A DNA stretch of 64,000 bases, from the IMG/VR virus record IMGVR_UViG_3300045988_135453; one strand, 5' to 3'. A program made the translations under genes and the position numbers. This DNA is from a virus. Shown in pieces: positions 8,477-16,795 of the stretch; position 1 is the stretch's first letter; the number at the start of each line of letters is the position of its first letter. The notes under the pieces were generated by a model. It made no database searches, was not told the DNA's origin, and was given only the letters and a program-made list of their open reading frames with translations.

Positions 8477-8548
8477 AATTGTTTGTGTTTTTGTGTTGCT
8501 GTTGTGTTGTCTGTTTTTGTGTTGGTTGAGGACTGAGGTAGGGAAATA

Positions 8549-10144
8549 CTATTCCTCACCACGCTTGAAGCGTTCAAAGGCTTCTCTGCGCTCGACGTTA
8601 GTCTTGTACTTGCTTGGGTCGAACGAGCGCAATGTCTGCGCCTTCACTCCCTCGCCATTGTTCTCAGGAGCCTCGCCAGCGTTCTGCTCTGTGCCAGCAT
8701 CGTGGGTCAGCTCGTCAATCTGAGCCTGTTTGTCGGCAAGCGACTGCTCGGCTGTGGCGAGTGCGTCCTTTGCGGTCTGAAGGTTTGCCTCGGTCTCAGT
8801 CTTAGCAGCTGTGAGGTCGGCAATCTTTTTGTCCTTTGCCTCGGTGAGAGCTTTCAGCTCGTCGTCCTTCTTGGCAAGAGCCTCGGTGTGCTGTGCGTTA
8901 AGGTCGCTTAGTTCTTTACTGTGAGCCTCGTTAGCCTGGGCGAGTGCGGTCTCCGCGACTTCCTTTGCTTCGTTGGCTGCGTTTACATTGGCGGAGAGTT
9001 CATCAAACTTGCCCTGCAATTCTGCGAGAGCGTTCTCCGCTGTGGTGGCTTTCTGCTCGGCATCAGTCACCTTCTGCTCGGCTTCCTTCATGTGGACTTC
9101 GAGATTATCAAGAAGCGAGGCGTTCATATACGCGCCCTCTTCCGTAACGGCAATCTCGCCAGCCTGCAATCCACAAGCCTTGCAAATAAGAGGATATTTC
9201 TCCATATTTATATTAGTATTTGTGTTGGTTGCTGTGGCATCAGCTTTTGAATTCGAGTTTGCATCCGCAAGGAAACGATTTACAATCTCAGAGAGGGTAG
9301 ACTGTCCGTCATTGAGTATGCCTTCCACTTCCTTCGCGTCGAATGTTGCTCCATGAAGATGCTCGTCAGTAACATTGGGGCGAGCCGCTTTTACATCCGA
9401 CATAAACTCCTCGCAAAGAGAGTCAAGATCGGATTGCAGAAGAGAATAGTCTCCGTCGGTCGCCTTGCGATACCACTCGTTTTTGTTGTAACTTTGTGTA
9501 GCATACACCTCATTCCAAGTCTCGTTTGTATAGACGTTCTTCTCGCCCGACTTCATGGTGTAGAAACCTCCATAAACGCCGATTGATCCAAAACCGTCCT
9601 TTACGTTCACATAATAAATCTCGTCGCAAAGAACAGCAAGATACATTGCAGCCGAATAGCAGTCGCCGTCAACGAGAGCAACAACCTTCTTGCCCTGCTT
9701 GTGAGCATAGTCAATAGCGTACTTGTAATCAGGAATAGCGTTCCCAGAACCGCCGCCGGAATTGATGTAAACGACGATACCCTTACACTCCTCATGGTCG
9801 GAAGTCTGTATCATCATGTCGCGAAAGTCGATTGATCCGTAAGAGCAAGCATCACCGTTACGGGTAATCGGACCGCAGACGGGCAGCACGGCTACAAACT
9901 TGTTGGTTTCTTCGCTCGGTTCGCGTCCATTGCCTTCATCGTCGTTTGAAGACATGGAGAATTGCAACTTCTCGCCATTGGCTGTCATACCAATAGCGTA
10001 TGCCATGCGCTTAACGGTCTGCTCCGCTGTAAGGGCAATGCGACCGGCGATGTTCTCCTGTATGCCAATGCGCAAGGCATTGAGCATCGGCGGGTGCATC
10101 ATCCAGTATTTAGTAGTGGAGAGTTCAAGAAGTGTAGTTATCAT
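8549..10144 (-). CDS. prohead protease (S49/ClpP-fold) fused to a coiled-coil scaffolding domain
   Basis: 531 aa. VVYINSGGGSGNAIPD...VVALVDGDCYSAAMYLAVLCDEIY matches the SppA/S49 serine-protease core. The C-terminal ~180 aa is an A/E/K/Q-rich coiled coil (AEQKVTDAEQKATTAENALAELQGKFDEL...), as in lambda C/Nu3-type arrangements. Confidence 0.8.
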   Translation of the reverse strand: MITTLLELSTTKYWMMHPPMLNALRIGIQENIAGRIALTAEQTVKRMAYAIGMTANGEKLQFSMSSNDDEGNGREPSEETNKFVAVLPVCGPITRNGDACSYGSIDFRDMMIQTSDHEECKGIVVYINSGGGSGNAIPDYKYAIDYAHKQGKKVVALVDGDCYSAAMYLAVLCDEIYYVNVKDGFGSIGVYGGFYTMKSGEKNVYTNETWNEVYATQSYNKNEWYRKATDGDYSLLQSDLDSLCEEFMSDVKAARPNVTDEHLHGATFDAKEVEGILNDGQSTLSEIVNRFLADANSNSKADATATNTNTNINMEKYPLICKACGLQAGEIAVTEEGAYMNASLLDNLEVHMKEAEQKVTDAEQKATTAENALAELQGKFDELSANVNAANEAKEVAETALAQANEAHSKELSDLNAQHTEALAKKDDELKALTEAKDKKIADLTAAKTETEANLQTAKDALATAEQSLADKQAQIDELTHDAGTEQNAGEAPENNGEGVKAQTLRSFDPSKYKTNVERREAFERFKRGEE

Positions 10145-10201
10145 CTGAATAGTTTTTGTGTTGTTATCCTGAATACAACCTCTTTACCTGGTTGCTAAAT
10201 G

Positions 10202-10274
10202 TTGCGGAGAAGGGACTCGAACCCTCGATCTCTTGGTTATGAGCCAAGTGAGCTGCCAGCTGCTCCACCCCGCT
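10202..10274 (-). tRNA. tRNA-Met (anticodon CAU), initiator-like
   Basis: Minus-strand sequence AGCGGGGTGGAGCAGCTGGCAGCTCACTTGGCTCATAACCAAGAGATCGAGGGTTCGAGTCCCTTCTCCGCAA folds as a 73-nt cloverleaf. Features: U8, D stem GAGC/GCTC, anticodon loop CTCATAA, T arm GAGGG-TTCGAGT-CCCTT. The 5' half is nearly identical to bacterial tRNA-fMet. No encoded CCA. Confidence 0.85.
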
Positions 10275-10322
10275 GTGTTATCCATGTGCAAAATTAAAGA
10301 CCGTGGTTTTTAACATTAGGAC

Positions 10323-10356
10323 AAAGAAAAAGCCGCTATCCTCACGGACAACGGCT
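10323..10356 (-). terminator. terminator after gene 10411..10899
   Basis: AGCCG (10331-10335) / CGGCT (10352-10356) stem, followed on the minus strand by TTTTTCTTTG. Confidence 0.5.
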
Positions 10357-10410
10357 GAAAAATGAAAATTTGTTCAAAAAACTACTATTAACAAAGTCTT
10401 TTCTATTTGA

Positions 10411-10899
10411 TTAGAGTAAGTCCATTTTTATAAAATCAGACAGAGCCTGTGCTTTTATGGAAATTGTCGCTTCGGTTGCTGTCTGCGAGCACGAAGATAC
10501 GCTGTTGCTTGAAAACGTGCCGGGCATGGTGTAGCACAGCAGAAGCGATCCGTCATATCGGCGCAAGACGACATAAAAGTCGGCATGTGCCACATTTTTC
10601 ACTATATCGGGCACTTTTTTATACCCTTTTTCGACATTAACGCTTATATCATAGGTATATAAGAGTCCCAACGTTGCCTTTGAACTTGACGATTTTGCCG
10701 TAAAGCTGCTCGCCACAATGTCCTCATTCTCTATTGTAGAAATATGAAGAGCTGGGGTTTTAGGCAACTGACATTTGTTCATCTCGGTCAGCTGTCCCAC
10801 ATTAAAAGGTATGGGCAACACCGTCTCTTTAGGGGTGTAAAGATACAAGTCTGACACCCCGTCGAGGAAAGTTTCTAAACATTTTTCCGCTTCAACCAT
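10411..10899 (-). CDS. hypothetical protein (162 aa)
   Basis: ATG ORF, co-oriented, no motif recognised. Confidence 0.55.
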   Translation of the reverse strand: MVEAEKCLETFLDGVSDLYLYTPKETVLPIPFNVGQLTEMNKCQLPKTPALHISTIENEDIVASSFTAKSSSSKATLGLLYTYDISVNVEKGYKKVPDIVKNVAHADFYVVLRRYDGSLLLCYTMPGTFSSNSVSSCSQTATEATISIKAQALSDFIKMDLL

Positions 10900-10963
10900 T
10901 TTTGCTTTTATAAAAGTCCGTTTTTTAACATATATTATACAGGACGTTAACAGTTAGTAACAG

Positions 10964-11695
10964 TCACTCCCATTTTATTCTCTCGAAAGAAAAAGCCTTC
11001 TCCTTGCTGTCAACAAACTGCATGTCGGCGCATGAGTAAGACTTAAAATTGTTGTTGTCTGCTGCAAACCATCTTTCTATGATGCGTCTCAAGTTGTCTT
11101 TTTCCGATTGAGACGGATCCATGCCGTAGCGCATAAGAAAACGCTCGAGCATGCTCGCGTGCTTTCGGCACAGCACCGTGTTGTTAGACGTGCAAAAGTC
11201 AAACGTGGCCAAGGCCCATTCTACAACGCAGCGTTTAAAGTCGTTATTCAGACATATCATTAGCTCTATAACTCCACGGGGAAGTAAATTCCATGACGGA
11301 GTTACCTGTTTTACGACATCAACAAACTCAATTTCCGAGGGCAGTTTTACACATAAATAGTCAACGCTATCACTCTTGTTGTAATCGCGGATGCCGTTCA
11401 ACCGTTGTACCTCCTCAAAGGTAAGATATTCTGCCGAGTTGCGATGAAAAACAGGCTTACCGTCGAGAGGAGACTTACCCGTCATCATGTTATGCCATTG
11501 ATGATATGAAAAACACTGCATGTTTATAGTGTTTCTGAGTGATTCGCTATTGGATAGATAGCTCCACATAATGCGATATTCAGGCGTATAGGCGTTGAAT
11601 ATCAACGGCTCGTCAGGAGCAAGCGTGTGCTTCGGATCGCGATGACGGAAAAACTGGCATCGGACAGCAGGCATGCGAAGATAAATGTTTGGCAT
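10964..11695 (-). CDS. hypothetical protein (243 aa)
   Basis: ATG ORF, separated by 2 nt from the upstream gene's stop. No motif recognised. Confidence 0.6.
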   Translation of the reverse strand: MPNIYLRMPAVRCQFFRHRDPKHTLAPDEPLIFNAYTPEYRIMWSYLSNSESLRNTINMQCFSYHQWHNMMTGKSPLDGKPVFHRNSAEYLTFEEVQRLNGIRDYNKSDSVDYLCVKLPSEIEFVDVVKQVTPSWNLLPRGVIELMICLNNDFKRCVVEWALATFDFCTSNNTVLCRKHASMLERFLMRYGMDPSQSEKDNLRRIIERWFAADNNNFKSYSCADMQFVDSKEKAFSFERIKWE

Positions 11696-11697
11696 AG

Positions 11698-12684
11698 CTA
11701 TTCTTTTTTAAATTTTTTACGGGATTGTCTGTACACGGCAAGAAGCGTGTCGGTTAGGGTCAGACAGTATGCTGTTTCGTTGTCCTTTTTCAGTGTCAGT
11801 TTCTTCTTTGCCATGACAGTCTCCATCTTCTCGCGCTGAACACCGTCAAGCACAACATAAAGTTTGGCTGCATCGATAAACGCGCCACCTGCTTCGGTAT
11901 GGCCTATAAAGCCTGAGAGGTGTGCTGCTTCAAGAGAAAAGGCTTTGTTGTCTCCAAAAAAGATCTTTAAAGCCTCTATGAGGTCTGCCTCCGTATGTGT
12001 TGTGACAGCAGGGTGCATCTTACGATATTTTGCCGTGTAGGTTTTCAGACGCTTGCCGACATAATCGTTTATGGAGTCGGAATATTCAAAATAGAGCTGC
12101 GCTTCGGGTGAAGTCTCGTTTTTGGATCGGGCCGAGTTGAAGAAGCCGCGAAGCTGCTCAAGCACCTTGGCGACGGCATCAAACTGGTTAAACTCCATTT
12201 TGCCGTCAAACAAGACGTTCATATCTGCTTTGATGTCAGTAACAATCGACTCAAGCAGATCAGCAAGGAACGTCACCTTGTCAAGGTTGCAGGCCAAACG
12301 GTCAACACGTTCCTTGATGCCGTCCTTTTGATAGTTTACATAATAGCGCAACAAGGTTGAGAAAGACAGAAAATCATAGGAAACGTTAGACCGCAGATTT
12401 GTCTGAACGAGTGAAGAGAAAACAGCATCCGCCAACTTGCGGTCACTCTGTTGGATGATCTTCACGAGATTTATCATTTCGCTCGAGCCCGGACGCAAAC
12501 GGTCTGCCGACATGACAAACCTGTTGCGCTTGTCAACAATCTCGCAGAAGGCGGGAGCATGGAACAGCACGTCCAGCATCTCGGCATATTTCTCTACGGG
12601 AACATCCTTGAAATTGAATGTGTAGATGGTGGGCTGTTGGCGCACAAGCTCTTCACGCGATATTAAGGGATTTGATTTGGCCAT
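11698..12684 (-). CDS. hypothetical protein (328 aa)
   Basis: ATG ORF, no motif recognised. Too short and lacking signatures to be called a portal. Confidence 0.6.
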   Translation of the reverse strand: MAKSNPLISREELVRQQPTIYTFNFKDVPVEKYAEMLDVLFHAPAFCEIVDKRNRFVMSADRLRPGSSEMINLVKIIQQSDRKLADAVFSSLVQTNLRSNVSYDFLSFSTLLRYYVNYQKDGIKERVDRLACNLDKVTFLADLLESIVTDIKADMNVLFDGKMEFNQFDAVAKVLEQLRGFFNSARSKNETSPEAQLYFEYSDSINDYVGKRLKTYTAKYRKMHPAVTTHTEADLIEALKIFFGDNKAFSLEAAHLSGFIGHTEAGGAFIDAAKLYVVLDGVQREKMETVMAKKKLTLKKDNETAYCLTLTDTLLAVYRQSRKKFKKE

Positions 12685-12725
12685 AAACTACTCTATTTAT
12701 CATAAGAAGTGTTATTGTCTCAAAA

Positions 12726-13118
12726 TTAACGGTTGTCTCCATCGCCGTCAATCAAACCGCGCTGCTGGCGCGATTGCAATTTTTCAAGGTTCTGACGGCA
12801 CACATCTTCAAGACTGAAACCAAGCACAGAACAAAGTCCGGCCATCTGCCACATAACATCGCCACATTCTTTCTTTATGTCGTTCATTTCCTGCTCGGTC
12901 ACGCCATGAAGGGTCTGTGTCATGATGCGTTCGCCGTTCTCGTCACGGTCGCTTGTGCCGATAAACAGCTTGCCTTTGCGGATGGCTTTTGCAAGCTTAG
13001 AGAGAAGTTCACCCACTTCGCCGCACAGGTTCGTTGACATATAGGCAATGTTGTTGCATGTAGGCAAACAGGTGGTCATTGCCTTCTCCTGATATTCATT
13101 TAATGTTAATTGCTGCAT
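12726..13118 (-). CDS. mazG: MazG-like nucleoside triphosphate pyrophosphohydrolase
   Basis: 130 aa. LCGEVGELLSKLAKAIRKG ... ECGDVMWQMAGLC ... NLEKLQSRQQRG matches the all-alpha MazG EExxE/D helices. Confidence 0.75.
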   Translation of the reverse strand: MQQLTLNEYQEKAMTTCLPTCNNIAYMSTNLCGEVGELLSKLAKAIRKGKLFIGTSDRDENGERIMTQTLHGVTEQEMNDIKKECGDVMWQMAGLCSVLGFSLEDVCRQNLEKLQSRQQRGLIDGDGDNR

Positions 13119-13135
13119 AATGTTTTTTATGTTCG

Positions 13136-14032
13136 TTATATTTCAAAATCGGGTAAATATACACGCATACGCTCCAGTATCTTGTTGCATATCAGTTCTG
13201 CCACCAGATATGCGTTAGGATGCGGTTTGCCGGTTGTGCCATGATAGCGAAGGTCTATGATGTTCTTCCAGTCGGCAATGGTGTAAGTGTATGCCACCAC
13301 CGTGTAGGTATCAAGAGGCAGAACGCCACGGGCATCTTCTGGTTTCAATCCTGCCTTCAGCAGTCGGTTATAGCCCCACTCGCACACCCGGCATACAAAG
13401 CCGTACACCATGCGCTGCCAACGTGTGCCTTCATCGTACCAATGCGGAAGCGCTATCTGTACGCCTCCTTTCTTCTCAAGGTTACAGTAGCGTGTGCTCT
13501 GCTCGGCTATGCTGTTGGGCGACGTGCGGTTAAGCTCGCGCGATGTGCTTATCTGTGTGGTCACTACCATCGTCATACGGATAATGGAGAATGCTTCTTC
13601 ACACTCATACTTCTGAGCCTTCTCTATAAACTCGTCTTCGCTGACACCATACGATCTAAGCGCGTCCATTAGGTTCATGTTCTCAAGCATGAACTGCATG
13701 TTGGTGCTGATCCATACCTTATGGTTCTTTGTGGCATAGTCGATGTAAGGCGAAGCATTCAGATACGCCCAGATATAGTTAGGAAGGCCCTTTTCGTTAG
13801 GCATGAAAAAGTAGACGGTGCCGTGGCGATACATCGAGCGATGTCCGCTGTCCCAGAAACCCTTGCAGCGTTCCTCGTCGCGCTTCTGAATGAAGGCTTC
13901 CACCTCCTCTTCGGTCATTCCTTCTTCGGGCTGCTTGCCCTTAGCCTTGTAGCATATTCTGCCCACCCTTGCTATATGTTGCGCAAGAGTGGTCTGCTGC
14001 CACCACTCTATAGATGGTTCTGTAAATTTCAT
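13136..14032 (-). CDS. thyX: ThyX-like flavin-dependent thymidylate synthase homologue with degenerate RHR motif
   Basis: 298 aa. GHRSMYRHGTVYF, ...SRELNRTSPNSIAEQSTRY... and ARGVLP align with ThyX blocks. The signature RHR-X7-S reads RTS-X7-S here. Confidence 0.65.
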   Translation of the reverse strand: MKFTEPSIEWWQQTTLAQHIARVGRICYKAKGKQPEEGMTEEEVEAFIQKRDEERCKGFWDSGHRSMYRHGTVYFFMPNEKGLPNYIWAYLNASPYIDYATKNHKVWISTNMQFMLENMNLMDALRSYGVSEDEFIEKAQKYECEEAFSIIRMTMVVTTQISTSRELNRTSPNSIAEQSTRYCNLEKKGGVQIALPHWYDEGTRWQRMVYGFVCRVCEWGYNRLLKAGLKPEDARGVLPLDTYTVVAYTYTIADWKNIIDLRYHGTTGKPHPNAYLVAELICNKILERMRVYLPDFEI

Positions 14033-14050
14033 TGTTTATATATTTAAACT

Positions 14051-14611
14051 TTAGTCAGTAAAATGCGGGGTTTCTAAATCATACGGATCGAGATGTTCTT
14101 TGACAAACGGCATGTAGCAAACACATCTTGCTACCTCAAAGCGCAGCTCTTTTAGATCCTTAGAGAAGTCATTGTATATACGATCATCGAAGCTAATATC
14201 TGCGGCCAAATTCAGACGTTCTTCGTCTCTCAATATCCGTACGAGTTTAACACCTCTTGTCAGACGTGCCGCTGCTGCACTGAAGACGTAAATAGAATAG
14301 ACCGTAATTTCGGGATGATGTTTCTTCAAATCAACCAGCCCTGCTTCGTCTATCACATAGATGGCTATGCCTTTTATTTGGTCTACCGTAGTCCAATACT
14401 CATAGCCTCCATATTGGGTATAAGCTAACATCTTTTCGCGAGGCACGTCACATTTATCTACAAAATAATGATCCTCGCCGGCAACCTCGCCAAAACGTCT
14501 CGGCCGTGTGGTGTAAGAACAGATAACAGGCCAGTCGGTCATCTCCGACATCATCTTTGCCACGGTATCTTTGCCCGCACCACTCGGACCGGTAATTGTT
14601 ATCAGTTTCAT
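14051..14611 (-). CDS. guanylate-kinase-family dNMP kinase
   Basis: 186 aa. P-loop ITGPSGAGKDT and TTRPRRFGEVAGEDHYFV match the guanylate kinase family. Confidence 0.8.
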   Translation of the reverse strand: MKLITITGPSGAGKDTVAKMMSEMTDWPVICSYTTRPRRFGEVAGEDHYFVDKCDVPREKMLAYTQYGGYEYWTTVDQIKGIAIYVIDEAGLVDLKKHHPEITVYSIYVFSAAAARLTRGVKLVRILRDEERLNLAADISFDDRIYNDFSKDLKELRFEVARCVCYMPFVKEHLDPYDLETPHFTD

Positions 14612-14643
14612 CTCGTTTTTTGTTTAAATTTTAACATTTGACC

Positions 14644-14709
14644 AATCAGTAAAGAATCAGTAAACATGAAGTGAACATGAAGTGAATACGCGTAAAATAC
14701 GCGTAAGCC
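14644..14709. repeat. three different 11-mers, each tandemly duplicated, back to back
   Basis: AATCAGTAAAG/AATCAGTAAAC (14644-14665), ATGAAGTGAAC/ATGAAGTGAAT (14666-14687), ACGCGTAAAAT/ACGCGTAAGCC (14688-14709). They lie in the 190-nt gap between the primase and kinase genes. Confidence 0.8.
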
Positions 14710-14801
14710 TCATTTTTTGCGAAAATCGGGATGTTTTTGCCATTTTTCGAGTTTCCAAATTAACACTTGTAAAAAAGTGTTTCGTTGAAATTTTAGGTTC
14801 T

Positions 14802-15917
14802 TTATCCGTATATCTCCAACAAATCATCCCTCGTCAATGTGATGTGTTTATCCATACACTGCTTGAAGAAGAAATTTTTTGTATTGGAGTATTGAGCAAA
14901 CGAAGGCCACCTCTTAGAGAAATCACTCTCATGATGTCCGCATGTAGAATCCGCTGGACGGAATCGCGATACTCGCTTCCAGAAGTCGTAACCAGCCTGC
15001 CCTACCAGATGATAAAGAGACATCCCACAATACACCCACTCTATATATCCAGCTTCGTGTCCTGCCATCAAATCTACATGCTGTTGTTCTACCTTCTCAA
15101 CAAGTCGTTTCACCTTACGGTAAACTATTTCGGGGGTGTCATCATGCCAATCGCCAATGACAACACCATTCTTAGCTGAAGATCCATGGCGAGTTTCCGC
15201 ATAAGATGAATGATGTAAGCGAGACAAAGGCAGGGGCATTACCACTTGGTCGTTCAGTCCTGTATAGGCAGTTACCTTCTCATTGATATATATATGCTCA
15301 GGATCATCCCATGACGCAAAACGTACACGACCTATATTGCCGCACGACCTATCGAGCGTAATGCCACAAGCAGCATAATCCTTCAACAGAGCCTTGAACT
15401 GGTCTTTATGCCTATCAGGATAAGCCAAGCGCACAAGACCGAAATATCCGCTGCCGGAGCATGACCGCATCAGCAAGGCTATCTCAGAACGAAAACGGCA
15501 TATCGTGCGCACATTTTCAAAATTGCTCATTTGCATATTGTCGTCGAGGTCAATGTCGATGGCGAGCCAGCCAGTATGCTGCTTTAGATGCGTCTCACGG
15601 CGGCTCACCATTACCCGCTGTCCCGGATGCGTAAGGCTGTCATCCTCATAGAGGGCGAACAAGCCGCTAAGAGTGGCTCCAGGTAACTTCTTCTTTGTTT
15701 TGATATACTCAGGCATCTTCTTGGCTTTGCTACCAAACTCCTTGCGCATAGCACGAAGTTGCTGCACATACGGCTTCCAACGATCCGTTAAGCAAAACTC
15801 ACGGATAGTCATCTGCTGGATGCACTCGCCCGTCTCGCGGTCAACGAAGCGGCCTTTGGCATCGGTCGCATCTTCATATACAGAGCATATCTCGTCGAAC
15901 ATATTAATAATTGTCAT
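14802..15917 (-). CDS. archaeo-eukaryotic-type primase (VirE_N/BT4734-like) with PriCT-like C-terminal region
   Basis: The track ORF starts at TTG 15959; the first ATG is at 15917 (MTIINMFDEI...). ...TGWLAIDIDLDDN... is an AEP-type acidic motif. GHEAGYIEWVYCGMSLYHLVGQAGYDFWKRVSRF resembles PriCT. Confidence 0.5.
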   Translation of the reverse strand: MTIINMFDEICSVYEDATDAKGRFVDRETGECIQQMTIREFCLTDRWKPYVQQLRAMRKEFGSKAKKMPEYIKTKKKLPGATLSGLFALYEDDSLTHPGQRVMVSRRETHLKQHTGWLAIDIDLDDNMQMSNFENVRTICRFRSEIALLMRSCSGSGYFGLVRLAYPDRHKDQFKALLKDYAACGITLDRSCGNIGRVRFASWDDPEHIYINEKVTAYTGLNDQVVMPLPLSRLHHSSYAETRHGSSAKNGVVIGDWHDDTPEIVYRKVKRLVEKVEQQHVDLMAGHEAGYIEWVYCGMSLYHLVGQAGYDFWKRVSRFRPADSTCGHHESDFSKRWPSFAQYSNTKNFFFKQCMDKHITLTRDDLLEIYG

Positions 15918-15959
15918 TTTTACCGTTGCAAAAATAAGAATTATAATTAACACTACCAA

Positions 15960-16635
15960 CTTTTTCTATCGTATTTAACTTTTATTTTATTTACCAATAA
16001 TTTTTACTGTTGTTTTTAGCTATACGAGCCTAAGTTTTGTTTTGGACTTTACAGCCTTCAAAAGTCCAGTTTTTAGTTTTCGAGTCCATTTTTTCAGAAA
16101 ATGTCTAAAAATGGAAAGTCCGTAATTTTGAAAAACGCTTCCGTTGTCCACCCAAAATCCACCTCGTGACCCCCCCAATGAATTTTTCAAAAAGTGATTT
16201 AACTTTCTGATTTTCCGCTATTTATCTATTAAAAGTTTAAAAATGGGGGTAATTTTTTATATACTTATACGAGCGCAAAGAACAAAAAATATAGAAAGAA
16301 TAGTAGAAATAAGGCATTCTATACGCAATTTTCGCTCCCTTAGTTGCTTTTATCTTCCTTACAACTTACTAAATGTCAATTATTTACGCCATAGGCGTTA
16401 ATGCTACTAACCATATTATTAGGGTTGGGGAATTTTGAAAATGGGAAAGAAAGAAAATTGGCAAAATTTATATAGGGTAGTAGCGTTTTTTAGTAGATTT
16501 ATGGACTTTTGATGGATATGTTATATGTAATGTCCATGATTTTTAATGAGTTACAAATGTTCGTAGGTTTAGACTCTGGGGACAGAATTTTATTCTTGAA
16601 TAAGTAAGGAAAACGGAAGAAATGCGAGTGAAGCT
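15960..16635. other. non-coding AT-rich island with multiple hairpins and short repeats
   Basis: No credible ORF. Hairpins GGACTTT/AAAGTCC (16044-16067) and TCCATTTTT/AAAAATGGA (16085-16115). The word AGTCC/GGACT recurs at least 5 times. TATACGAGC occurs at 16021 and 16266. C7 run at 16170-16176. Confidence 0.6.
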
Positions 16636-16672
16636 AAAGGAAAAGGTCGCCTCGCCTGACGGCGCGACGACC
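16636..16672 (-). terminator. terminator of the tape-measure operon
   Basis: GC-rich imperfect hairpin GGTCGCCTCGCC tgac GGCGCGACGACC (16645-16672), followed on the minus strand by TTTTCCTTT. Confidence 0.55.
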
Positions 16673-16678
16673 TGATAT

Positions 16679-16790
16679 ATGCTTTGCTAATTGTGAAAGA
16701 TAGCGCAAGATAAATGCTTTGCCGCTTGCGAAAAGTGTGGCGCAAGGGAAATGCTCTGCTACTTGCGGATTGCAGCAAAGGCAGCTTGCG
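16679..16790. repeat. three degenerate tandem 35-37-nt repeats directly after the tape-measure stop codon
   Basis: Units begin with ATGCT(T/C)TGC at 16679, 16714 and 16751. Each carries CTTGCG/CGCAAG-type inverted words. Confidence 0.6.
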
Positions 16791-16795
16791 GCAGG

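Noticed and set aside
11698-12684. Portal protein candidate upstream of the protease-scaffold gene
   Set aside because: At 328 aa it is short for a portal, and no portal-like motif was recognised. Two further unknown genes and a tRNA separate it from the protease. The portal is probably outside the window or unrecognisable by eye.
14682-15179. 165-aa plus-strand ORF starting in the 11-mer repeat region
   Set aside because: It has a GTG start inside the repeats, and most of it is antisense to the AEP primase gene.
16590-16778. 62-aa minus-strand ORF in the gap after the tape-measure gene
   Set aside because: It overlaps the terminator hairpin and the 35-37-nt tandem repeats. Its translation is Arg/Ser/Leu-rich and repeat-driven, so it is more likely non-coding.
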